Origin: a virus
Virus record (IMG/VR): IMGVR_UViG_3300028393_000001
Span: 1 to 64,000 of that record
Length of the DNA: 64,000 nucleotides
Direction: 5' to 3' (one strand)
Under the pieces are notes generated by a model, which saw only the letters and a program-made list of their open reading frames with translations, did not search any database and was not told the DNA's origin. Numbering within the stretch: position 1 is the stretch's first letter; every line of letters starts with the position of its first letter. Below are positions 49,046-57,771 of this stretch, piece after piece. The position numbers and the translations under genes were made by a program.

Positions 49046-49327
49046 TCACAATATTGTATTACCTGGATTATCGTGCTTAAATGCAATTATACCATGAGTA
49101 AGAATCTTAACTTGTTCTTCACTCATTTTTAGGTTAAAACTATCACTTATAATATGTAAGATTTCATGTAGGACTGCAACCTGTTGTGTTTGCTGAGTGG
49201 CAGCTGCATTAATAGAGATCTCCTGCTGATTAAAGTTAGCAAGACCTAAGTTTCCCTGCATTTCTTCACCTGATTTATAGACTACATCGTACTGTAGGCC
49301 CGCGATTCGTACTTTAGTGTTTGTCAT
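49046..49327 (-). CDS. Small HExxH metallopeptidase-like protein
   Basis: LHEILH...E motif. Confidence 0.6.
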   Translation of the reverse strand: MTNTKVRIAGLQYDVVYKSGEEMQGNLGLANFNQQEISINAAATQQTQQVAVLHEILHIISDSFNLKMSEEQVKILTHGIIAFKHDNPGNTIL

Positions 49328-50219
49328 TTTTTATTAAATTAATCCAATTATCAATTACCATTTTCCAGTCATAGTTTCTGATTGCGTGCTGCTGAATACT
49401 AACACAGCGTTCCTTAAACTCTCTGGGATTGTTTTTGTAGAATTGTATGGTTTCTACAGACCTCTCAACAAACTCTCGTTCCTCAACTGGAACCTCAACT
49501 GCACCACGTGGGCCAATTCTATTCCAGTGACCTACTGGTGTAGACACAACTAGGCGGCCTGCAGCTCCAGCTTCAAGGGCAGGTAGTCCTGCTCCTTCCC
49601 ACGTTGAGGACACTAATACGCAGCCTACAGTAGGGTAAAATCCTGGCATAGTAACAAAAGAGTTGTGGTAAAGTTGCGCTATTTTTAGGGGCAGTTTTAC
49701 CCTTTCAGCAACTTCGTCAATTAGGTGCGCACGTTTAATGTGGTTGTTATGACTAACCTTGTAGGCACCTGCATAGCCTAAGATTTCTAGTCGATCGGGT
49801 GGGTCTGCACGAAAGCGTTTTACATTCACAGCAATTGGAATAATAGTAGGCACTCTAGAGATGCCCAGTTCCTTAGCCTGTTCCTGCAGCCATTTTGAGA
49901 CTACTCCAAATCCCTTAAAACGGGCAGTTATTAGAATATCCATTTGTTGGTAGTATTCTAGGTCTTCACGGCTGTGAGCAACAGCAATACACTTTTCAGG
50001 AGGCACTCCATAGTGCTCTATACAAAGTCCACGTATACCTGTAGTAGAGGAGATAAAACAATCTATTTGACTGGTTAACTCCTGTACTTCATGTAGGGTA
50101 TATGCACGATTCCACGGCATAATAGCAGAAGTAATGTCATGCTCAGTTAGGTAGTTTGATAGGTCATAGTGTATAACACCATAAGCCCATTCAGGTTCAA
50201 TGTAGAATATTACTTTCAT
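49314..50219 (-). CDS. GT-B fold glycosyltransferase (GT4-like)
   Basis: S..EG.GLP.LEA.A.G..VVSTPVG signature. Likely start MKVIFY at 50219. Confidence 0.8.
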   Translation of the reverse strand: MKVIFYIEPEWAYGVIHYDLSNYLTEHDITSAIMPWNRAYTLHEVQELTSQIDCFISSTTGIRGLCIEHYGVPPEKCIAVAHSREDLEYYQQMDILITARFKGFGVVSKWLQEQAKELGISRVPTIIPIAVNVKRFRADPPDRLEILGYAGAYKVSHNNHIKRAHLIDEVAERVKLPLKIAQLYHNSFVTMPGFYPTVGCVLVSSTWEGAGLPALEAGAAGRLVVSTPVGHWNRIGPRGAVEVPVEEREFVERSVETIQFYKNNPREFKERCVSIQQHAIRNYDWKMVIDNWINLIKNDKH

Positions 50220-50768
50220 AGGACTAATACTGCTACCGCAAACAAGGATACAACTATAACTAATAAGTATATCTGTACGGGTTTCCAATCACGAGTTTTA
50301 TCAAACTCATGGTGTTCATCAAATCGTTTTAAGGCCATTAGCCTTTTGGAATTAAATCCTGACATCTCTATCTTTCATGTTTCAAAGTATTTTCTAATTT
50401 CTTTAAGAATTATCTCACGAGTAGCCTGAGCCATTCCTAGGTCGTAAGTTGTTGCAGCATGATGCATACCAATATCATTAACTACTGCATAAAGATGCGT
50501 GAATACTAATCGATTGTAATCACCTAAATCTTCTTTAAGTTGACACTGCTTTTGAATAACATCTAAAATTTGCATTGTAATACGTCCTCGTATAATATTT
50601 TTCGCCCTGGTTTAGTTAAAAGACCGTCAAAAATATCTGTTGATCGTTGTAACATAGCAGATGCTAGTAACAATAATTCTGCATGGTTATCCGCAAGTTG
50701 AATAGAACTATCAATTAAGATCATCATTTCGCGCATTTTGCTAATTTTTTGTTCATTTGTCATATTAT

Positions 50769-51092
50769 TTATACTGAAAAACTATTACCACATCCACAGC
50801 TATGTTTAGCATTAGGATTACTTATAACGAACTCTTTAGACATAAAAGAACCTTTATAGTCTATAGTAGCACCCGTTAGGTATTGCATACTAATCGCATC
50901 TATTAGTAGACGAAAGTTGTCTAAGGGTATTTCGAAATCATCTTCATTTGTTACCTCATCTAAGGTAAATCCGTAATTGAATCCCGAGCATCCACCACCT
51001 TGAACAAAAGTTCTAAGGCATATGCTTGGATTATCTTCTTCAATTAATATGTCTAATATTTTAGACTTTGCAGCATCGGTTACTGTAATCAT
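50769..51092 (-). CDS. erpA: A-type Fe-S carrier (ErpA/IscA, HesB family)
   Basis: GGGCSGF.YGF, D..S.QYL.GA.IDY and NPNA..SCGCG.SF motifs. Confidence 0.85.
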   Translation of the reverse strand: MITVTDAAKSKILDILIEEDNPSICLRTFVQGGGCSGFNYGFTLDEVTNEDDFEIPLDNFRLLIDAISMQYLTGATIDYKGSFMSKEFVISNPNAKHSCGCGNSFSV

Positions 51093-51444
51093 TTATGGCC
51101 GCCTTTATAGCATCTTCTGCTAAGATTGAACAATGTATTTTAACTGGAGGCAGGGCAAGCTCTTCAGCAATATGAGAATTATTAATAGTTAAAGCTTCAC
51201 TAAGTGTTTTACCTTTAACCCACTCGGTAACAAGTGAACTTGACGCAATCGCTGAGCCGCATCCATATGTTTTAAATTTGGCATCTGTTATAATTCCCTC
51301 AACTACTCGTATTTGTAATCGCATTACATCACCACAAGCAGGTGCCCCTACCATGCCTGTGCCAACTTCTGGATCATCTTTTTGGAATGATCCTACATTT
51401 CTAGGATTCTCATAGTGATCCAAAACTTTTGTGGAATAACTCAT
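51061..51444 (-). CDS. iscU: Fe-S cluster scaffold
   Basis: VLDHYENPRNVGS, GAPACGDVM, KTYGCGSAIASSS and LPPVKIHCSILAEDA motifs. Confidence 0.95.
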   Translation of the reverse strand: MSYSTKVLDHYENPRNVGSFQKDDPEVGTGMVGAPACGDVMRLQIRVVEGIITDAKFKTYGCGSAIASSSLVTEWVKGKTLSEALTINNSHIAEELALPPVKIHCSILAEDAIKAAINDYSNRCCKV

Positions 51445-53123
51445 TTTATTCTTCCCATAACTATCTTATGAACCCAACTATCTGTATAGTTAGGTTCTTC
51501 TATTACTTCTTCTATCTTAAATTCTTTTAATATACCAGCATAAGGGTCAAAATCGTTATAGAAGGCAACCTCAGCACAGTGACGAACTATAGATTCTGCA
51601 AACATATTAAGTGCCGTTTCAGGATCACTTAACTTACTGTCCTCTAGGGCTACAAGCATAAGTTCATCATACTCGTTAGCTACTAGGTGTATCCCTGCCT
51701 TATCCATATAATATTTTATAAATGCGTTCATTTTGGTTTCCTAGTAGACTCTATACTACAGTACGCATATGTGCCGGAGTTAGCACGTTCTGCTTTAGCC
51801 TGTGCGGTTAAGCAGCTACTTAATGTGAGGTATTTAAACTCTTCAAATTTAGATGGACGTGCTCCACCATCAATAAGAGTTATAACTAATAATATCCACA
51901 TTATTCTTCTTCCTCTTCTTCAATTTCTGTATCTTGGTCTGCTAAGGAGCCCGGGCACAAGGCCCAGTCTGATTGTACGCACTTAACATACCCATATATA
52001 ACATGAGTGCCAAAGAACAGTAATAAAACTGCTGTTGCAACGTATTTGTATATAAGTGGCATTTATGATTTAGATACTTGTTTTGATAATAATTCCATGT
52101 ATTTACCCATGCTTTCAATTTGAAAATGATGTAAGTACATATATAGTTTAGTTTCAGTAGGCCAGTCTTTGAATCTTTCAACTATGGCTGGATTAACTAT
52201 CTGTTCCATTTCTTTTAGGTATTCTTGTTGTTGTTTTTCAACTAAAGTCATGATCTTTCCAATGTTTCCAGGTCCATCCTAGAGTTTTTAAATCTTCTGT
52301 TACTTCTTCTGTGACTGTACCCTCTGGGACTACTTTCCAAGTAAGTGGAGGATCATCAAAGTCACCCCAGATACCAGAACAATACCAGCTCATGTAATCG
52401 CCTTCACCACGCATAGTGGCGATTACACTGCCTGAGTGACGCCAACTACAGTGCCAATCTTCTTGACCTTTAATCCACACAATATTGCATAGTGAGGCAT
52501 AAAGATGTTGAGCATAAAGCTCATTGCTTTGTACTTTTTCCATCATATAGGTGGAAGCATAGAGGTCGTGTTCTAAATTAACTTTCATTTTAATCTCTTC
52601 TATTACTCATTAGCTGAAGTTTAATACTAAAACCTAGTAAACTTAATTGTAGTTTTGGTCCCGCAAATAGTCGTGTATTCCAAGCAGCTTCTATGCCAAA
52701 TATGATATAACTATATCTAAATAATTCTAGGTTAAATGTATACCCATTCTTGAACACTTTTGAATAGTGAAAATACTCTCTAAAAGCTCCTGCTTTTTTC
52801 CACGGGTTTGTAATAACCAAATCTGCAAATATCATATTTTATCCTTTATTATACTAATCTTCAGGGTCTAAGTCAAGTGAGTATTGCTCGCGTTGACTAA
52901 ATCTACGTTCTTGAATAGTACGTTCTTTAAAAACTTTTTCTCTTGAGCACATTAGACACTTAGAATTACCACAATCTAAGGCATGATGCTTGGCTAATCT
53001 ATGCGGTTGAGATAGGTAGTAGTCTATACCAAATTCTTTAGCAATTTTTAATTGTTTAGCAATAGCGGCGTCATCTTTTAAAAGTCTTTTACTATGATTA
53101 AATTTATCCTGCTCATTGCTCAT
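51441..53123 (-). other. Run of small early hypothetical ORFs
   Basis: Minus-strand ORFs at 51441-51731, 52063-52251, 52238-52588, 52590-52835 and 52854-53123. Confidence 0.6.
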
Positions 53124-53127
53124 TGTA

Positions 53128-53463
53128 TTACCTGAAGAAAATAAGGGCCATAATAACTGATTGAATCATAAATCCAATAGTAATAACCATTACTATTAAT
53201 TGGTTCTTTTGAATCAAGGCTTGAGCAAACATTGCAAATAGGGCTGCCCATATTAATAATACCATATCTAGGATAGGTGTCTTATCGCTTAACCCGAACA
53301 TAAGTGTTAATAGGGTTGGTAGGGTTGAAGAGTGTAATAGGACTACTGATATAAGATGCAAACTAGTAGCGCTAATATTAGCAACGTGTTCTCCTATCCA
53401 AGACATAGGACTAAATTTATTTATTGTATCTTTAATGGTAAATTTCTCTATTTCGTCTATCAT
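53128..53463 (-). CDS. 3-TM membrane protein
   Basis: Hydrophobic, coupled to the cell-wall hydrolase gene. Confidence 0.6.
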   Translation of the reverse strand: MIDEIEKFTIKDTINKFSPMSWIGEHVANISATSLHLISVVLLHSSTLPTLLTLMFGLSDKTPILDMVLLIWAALFAMFAQALIQKNQLIVMVITIGFMIQSVIMALIFFR

Positions 53464-54017
53464 TTTACTCTTTCCGGTTTTGTTTGATAAAAAATATGGT
53501 GGCCTATCTTAGATACTTCTTCTAGACCTTTCCATTGTGGCTTTACATAGTCTGCGTGAAAGTATAAGGCGTTCTTTAGGCTAGGCAGGGTAAAACCTTC
53601 AAGTAATACCTTTTTAGCTGCTATTTCGCTGTCTTCCCAAACTTTTTTGTTTACTTTAAGTCTGCTTTCGCTGCCATCGCATAACCACGAAAATTGACAT
53701 ATTACTTTTTCATAGACAACATTTTTAGCATTGACCACGCCACAAATACCTGCGCCAAACCTGCCATCTTTTGCACGATTTAAAGTTACCTGGGCAACTG
53801 CGATCTTACCCTCAACTGGCTCACCGCTAGCTTCGTAGTACACATTGCGAGTCAAGCACTTTAACTCTCTATCCATTTCACTAATTGATTTAAACTTAAT
53901 GATTACATCACCATCTTGTTCCATTAACCTATTAGTTCTAAATTCATAAACCTTTTCAACAATAAGTAGGGGTATAATTAAAGTTGTAGAAAGGATTGCT
54001 GCTTTTATGATATTCAT
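53460..54017 (-). CDS. Cell wall hydrolase (SleB/Hydrolase_2 family)
   Basis: CL..NVYYEA.GE...G..AVA.V..NR, CQFSW, A.YFHA.YV.P.W and IG.H.FY motifs. N-terminal TM segment. Confidence 0.9.
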   Translation of the reverse strand: MNIIKAAILSTTLIIPLLIVEKVYEFRTNRLMEQDGDVIIKFKSISEMDRELKCLTRNVYYEASGEPVEGKIAVAQVTLNRAKDGRFGAGICGVVNAKNVVYEKVICQFSWLCDGSESRLKVNKKVWEDSEIAAKKVLLEGFTLPSLKNALYFHADYVKPQWKGLEEVSKIGHHIFYQTKPERVK

Positions 54018-54101
54018 TTAGCATTCTCCTCTAGTAAACATAGTATAGCTGTTGTTATTTCTGTATCTGCTTTAACCAATTCAATTGCTTCTAAGTATGA
54101 A

Positions 54102-54389
54102 TTAGCCTGTACTTCCCACTGGGCTAGTTGACTGTCTATCTTTGCGTAAATTTTGTAACTGTGCATCCTGCTCCTTAATAGTCTGTCTGTACACCTCTAC
54201 CTCTTGTAGCAAGGCAGCTTCTCTTTGTTGAAGCTGCATTAATGCTTGCAAGTGTATTTGGTGTTGATCTTCCAGACTCTTGATATGAGATGCTGCTCTG
54301 GTAGCCAGAGCTGTTGGTGGACGGACAATTTGATTACCATTGGCATCAATTTCCATAGTTCCGTTAGTTAAAGCTGTTGCTATATCCAT
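54102..54389 (-). CDS. Hypothetical coiled-coil protein
   Basis: 95-aa ORF at the start of the leftward operon. Confidence 0.55.
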   Translation of the reverse strand: MDIATALTNGTMEIDANGNQIVRPPTALATRAASHIKSLEDQHQIHLQALMQLQQREAALLQEVEVYRQTIKEQDAQLQNLRKDRQSTSPVGSTG

Positions 54390-54689
54390 ATTAATAATAA
54401 AATAATGATAGTTGAAGAAACATTATACGTGTTTTAGCTCATAAAATCAAGTCAATTTTTACGCACTCCTGCCCTTGGTCTACTGAGTTAAGCATATAAA
54501 TTTAAATTTGAAACTTTTTCTAAAATTTTGTAAAATATATCTTTAGAAGGAGACGACTATGACCGAGATTGAAGCAGCTTTTTTCTACGGAGACTTCAGC
54601 CTTATCAATGAGATTTTAGGAGATTTGCTTGGTGAGATTCATCAAGATACTCCCATAGCTTAAAAAATTTTTATTAAAGAACTTACAAA

Positions 54690-54866
54690 ATGAAATACGA
54701 AAATTTTGATACCTGGATGACAATGGTCAACTTACAAGTTGAGCGCTTCTGCGGACTTGGAGTTGATGACATACCTGACTACAACTACTGGGATAACTTC
54801 GATGCTGGCATTAGTCCTGAGGACACTGCTCATGAAGCTCTTGAGGCCGCTGGCTATCAGTTTTAG
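54690..54866 (+). CDS. Small acidic hypothetical protein (58 aa, not in the ORF track)
   Basis: MKYENFDTWM...GVDDIPDYNYWDNFDAGISPEDTA..ALEAAG. Read manually. Confidence 0.55.
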   Translation: MKYENFDTWMTMVNLQVERFCGLGVDDIPDYNYWDNFDAGISPEDTAHEALEAAGYQF

Positions 54867-54995
54867 AGTATAAAAATTTGGTATTGACTTGGTGTGGTGT
54901 TTAAGGTATAATAAATGTTCTATTAAAAATAGTCTGACAAAGTCTGATAATTTTTTATTTAACAAAAAAAGGAATATATCCAAAAAGGATTACTA

Positions 54996-55322
54996 ATGCC
55001 GCTAACTAAACCACAACCTTACACCGAGGAAGATACCACTACTATAGTTAGTAGGTATCGAGCAGGTGAAACAACGGAAACTATAGCTGAGAGTACTGGT
55101 AGGTCTCACCGATCTATTATTGCAAAACTTTCACGAGAAGGCGTATATGTTTCTAAAACGAAACCTCCGTCAACAAAGGCCACTAAAGTGGAGCTTATAA
55201 CACATATTGCAGAGATGGTAAATATTGATGTCAACGCGATCGCTACCTTAGAGAAGGCAACACATGATGCCTTACAAGAATTACACGATGCAATTCAAAT
55301 TCTTGCAAAGCAGGCAAAATAA
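54996..55322 (+). CDS. T5 A2/D3-like DNA-binding protein, paralog 5
   Basis: YTEE.T....RY, RSIIAKLSREGVY and TK.ELI..IA...I.TLEK. AAGGA RBS. Confidence 0.7.
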   Translation: MPLTKPQPYTEEDTTTIVSRYRAGETTETIAESTGRSHRSIIAKLSREGVYVSKTKPPSTKATKVELITHIAEMVNIDVNAIATLEKATHDALQELHDAIQILAKQAK

Positions 55323-55340
55323 AGCATAAAAAATTTATAT

Positions 55341-55369
55341 TTGACTTTGAGTCCTCAATCCGGTATAAT
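55341..55369 (+). promoter_or_regulatory. sigma70-type promoter of the small-RNA cluster
   Basis: TTGACT-N17-TATAAT. A second promoter TTGAAT-N17-TATAAT lies at 55514-55542. Confidence 0.8.
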
Positions 55370-55376
55370 TTATTTA

Positions 55377-55504
55377 TAAACAGTCGGGAAGCCGATATGC
55401 ACAGGGGGTGCAATTAGCGTTTGTCAACGACACCTTCGACCACTACTCAGGCATTGTATAGGCCTACATCTGCGAAGTTAAGTCATAGTGGCAACGACTG
55501 TTTA
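55377..55504 (+). ncRNA. Putative stem-closed small RNA
   Basis: TAAACAGTCG/CGACTGTTTA closing helix directly after the promoter, with internal hairpins. Confidence 0.55.
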
Positions 55505-55547
55505 ATTTTTTACTTGAATTATATAGTGTTTTACTGTATAATTGATA

Positions 55548-55639
55548 TTTATAAGGGTGGAAAGCGGATGCAATTCACGGCACGCTTCCTTAATTGTGGC
55601 GAATAACTTATCCGAGCCACAGCCCAAAGCCCTCATAAA
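55548..55639 (+). ncRNA. Putative three-way-junction small RNA
   Basis: Closing TTTATAAGGG/CCCTCATAAA with internal GGAAAGCG/CGCTTCC and TGTGGC/GCCACA stems. Confidence 0.5.
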
Positions 55640-55640
55640 C

Positions 55641-55766
55641 AAAAGTTCAGACAGTTCTAGACTGGCCGGATTAGCAACTGTGCGTAGATAACCCACGACT
55701 AGTAGTGCTCGGCCGAGCACCGAAAGCGTCCATGCTACGACATTGTTAATAGTTTGCTGAACTTTT
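55641..55766 (+). ncRNA. Putative stem-closed small RNA
   Basis: AAAAGTTCAG/CTGAACTTTT closing helix with an internal GTGCTC-GGCC-GAGCAC hairpin. Confidence 0.5.
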
Positions 55767-55856
55767 CTTTATGGGTGTTATGTGTTCCCCGCCCATGATA
55801 GGGAGTAACAACTTAATTGCAGGCGAAATCACTACCTGTAGCCCACCGTAATCTTT

Positions 55857-55931
55857 GCTCGATTCGTCTATCGGTTAGGACACCAGCCTTTCACGTTGGT
55901 AAGACCGGTTCGATTCCGGTATCGAGTACCA
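55857..55931 (+). tRNA. tRNA-Glu(TTC)
   Basis: Cloverleaf, anticodon loop CTTTCAC, GTTCGATTC T-loop, encoded CCA. Confidence 0.92.
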
Positions 55932-56077
55932 AATTTCTATGTTGTTCTAGTTTGCTAGAGCACTTAGACACCCAAGATCAGACCAACAGTTAGTAATGAT
56001 AGATTATTTATAATCCGTCGAAACCTGCGGTGGCGTAACAACTGACTGAACTAGGCTGTCGCCTTGACCTAGTTCCT

Positions 56078-56222
56078 ATTATTTAGTGTTATCAGGGTAT
56101 CGTCATAGGACGCTATGACTATGCGGGCCTAACTGTGCGAGGAACAGGTCCTAATATAACTGCTAGTCGCTTGCCAGAGGAAGCACCTTTGTTGGCAAAT
56201 TGGCACGATAGCACTAAATAAT
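56078..56222 (+). ncRNA. Putative stem-closed small RNA
   Basis: 16-bp closing helix ATTATTTAGTGTTATC/GATAGCACTAAATAAT around several hairpins. Confidence 0.55.
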
Positions 56223-56378
56223 GGTAGAGAGTTAATGTTAAAAATGGGTACTCAAAATATCCGTTCTTGAAGGTTCAATTCCTTTAATTTGTAGTCAGGT
56301 GAGAAGCGTGGGCAAAGGTTAGAGATCAACTAACCGCTACAGATAATATGGTTATTAAGTAATAAAAACATAGACTCG

Positions 56379-56474
56379 CCATATATTAGCATTCTGTAAT
56401 TCAAGAGGCAGAGAAGCCCTTTAATATGGGGTGTCGTGTAGATTTCAAGTATCTACCAGAGTGCTAATATATGG
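56379..56474 (+). ncRNA. tRNA-like RNA with an extended acceptor helix
   Basis: 18-bp closing helix around D-like, anticodon-like and T-like arms. No CCA. Confidence 0.5.
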
Positions 56475-56555
56475 GAGAGTACGGGTGATATGTAAGGGTT
56501 TCTCTAAGCCCTGATGATTGGAATTCCTAAGTTAGCCAACAACTAACCCCATAAC

Positions 56556-56658
56556 TTATCCTTCTGATGAGCTTGTGAAATTCAAGCGAAACTCTAACAC
56601 AACCCGCTAGGGTCTTACCCTTTCAACCTAGTTTGAGGCGTTACGAGTCAAGGAATAA
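56556..56658 (+). ncRNA. Type I hammerhead ribozyme
   Basis: Stem I TTATCCTT/AAGGAATAA, core CTGATGA (56564-56570), stem II GCTTG/CAAGC, GAAA (56588-56591), stem III CTCTAAC/GTTA(C)GAG, GTC cleavage triplet (cut after 56649). Confidence 0.9.
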
Positions 56659-56716
56659 AAAAGATAGCCGTGTTGCCACTTATAGTATTGCGTCGCCGCT
56701 GGAACTAATTCCTCTT

Positions 56717-56750
56717 AGCCCTGTAAGGTTTGCCCTTACAGGGCTTTGCT
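56717..56750 (+). terminator. Rho-independent terminator of the small-RNA cluster
   Basis: AGCCCTGTAAGG-TTTGC-CCTTACAGGGCT followed by a T-rich tail. Confidence 0.8.
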
Positions 56751-56836
56751 TTCACTAAAATATGTTACCATAAAAATTTTAGCTGTTGACATAAGATGCC
56801 ATAACTGGTATAATAAGGCAAAATAAAGGTCTACCA

Positions 56837-57031
56837 ATGAGTTCTTCTTATACCTATGTCAAAGAGTTAGAGTTATTAATTTTGGATAAATTACTTCCTG
56901 TTTATGAAAAGCACCAGAAGTCTCAAGGAGTAATAAGCCCCTTTCAGGGTATTAATCAAGATTTATTATCTCAGATAAAAGCAAAGAAAAAACTCCCTGC
57001 GCTCCTTAGGGCTAAGGAAAAACACACTTGA
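56837..57031 (+). CDS. Hypothetical protein
   Basis: 64 aa with TTGACA-N17-TATAAT upstream. Confidence 0.55.
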   Translation: MSSSYTYVKELELLILDKLLPVYEKHQKSQGVISPFQGINQDLLSQIKAKKKLPALLRAKEKHT

Positions 57032-57268
57032 CCTGGCCAGAGAATTCAAGTATAATTACTTATTGCGCGGAATTTGGCGTTGTCCGCGTTTATTTAAATT
57101 AATCATAACTGTCTACAATTCATCATCGAAGCACGGCTCTGCACAGCCACGCAGGACAGACTGAATGTAGTATAATAAGTCTTTTTGCAGAAAGCATATA
57201 CGGTAGTCTCTTTTACAAGAGATTACTATAGTATTTAAGGTAAGTACTATACTAATCTTTATAATAAC

Positions 57269-57733
57269 ATGATAACACCTACAACAATACCAGCAATACC
57301 AGCAATAACTCCTGAAGAGCTAAAAGCCCTCTGGCCAGACCATCCAGCACATAGTACGGATACCGCAACAACAGAAACATTTACTGACCCTAAATCGTGG
57401 CCGTTTCCAGAAATAGACCATGACTGGAACCGCTTAGCAATAGACCTAAACACTCTTCCTCAAGACTCAACCCTTCAAGTCTTAGATGAACGTGCAAAAA
57501 ATTACGGTAAGTTCTCAGGTATTGGACAACTTACGCAGACGTTTAAAGAGATTATGCGCCAAGCCCCCTCATGGGAAGGGATGCAGCCAGATCAAAAGGA
57601 GAGCCTGGAGATGATAGTGCATAAGCTGGCGCGAATTCTTAACGGAAACCCTGACTACGCAGATAGCTGGGTTGATATTGCTGGTTACGCACGCCTAGTA
57701 TCAGAACGTCTAGAAACAGGATTAGAAAGATAA
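57269..57733 (+). CDS. Conserved phage protein (DUF6378-like C-terminal domain)
   Basis: L.ER...YG.F...E.LEMI.HK.ARI.NG.P...DSW.DIAGYA.L motif. Confidence 0.7.
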   Translation: MITPTTIPAIPAITPEELKALWPDHPAHSTDTATTETFTDPKSWPFPEIDHDWNRLAIDLNTLPQDSTLQVLDERAKNYGKFSGIGQLTQTFKEIMRQAPSWEGMQPDQKESLEMIVHKLARILNGNPDYADSWVDIAGYARLVSERLETGLER

Positions 57734-57771
57734 ACTTGATTTAGTAGTTAAATCTATTTATAATAGTGGCT

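Noticed and set aside
55421-55720. ORFs 55421-55606 and 55502-55720
   Set aside because: Non-ATG starts, no RBS, and they cross promoters and RNA helices. The region is better explained as ncRNA.
56511-56547. Second CTGATGA as another hammerhead
   Set aside because: No GAAA follows the putative stem II and there is no matching stem III/UH site.
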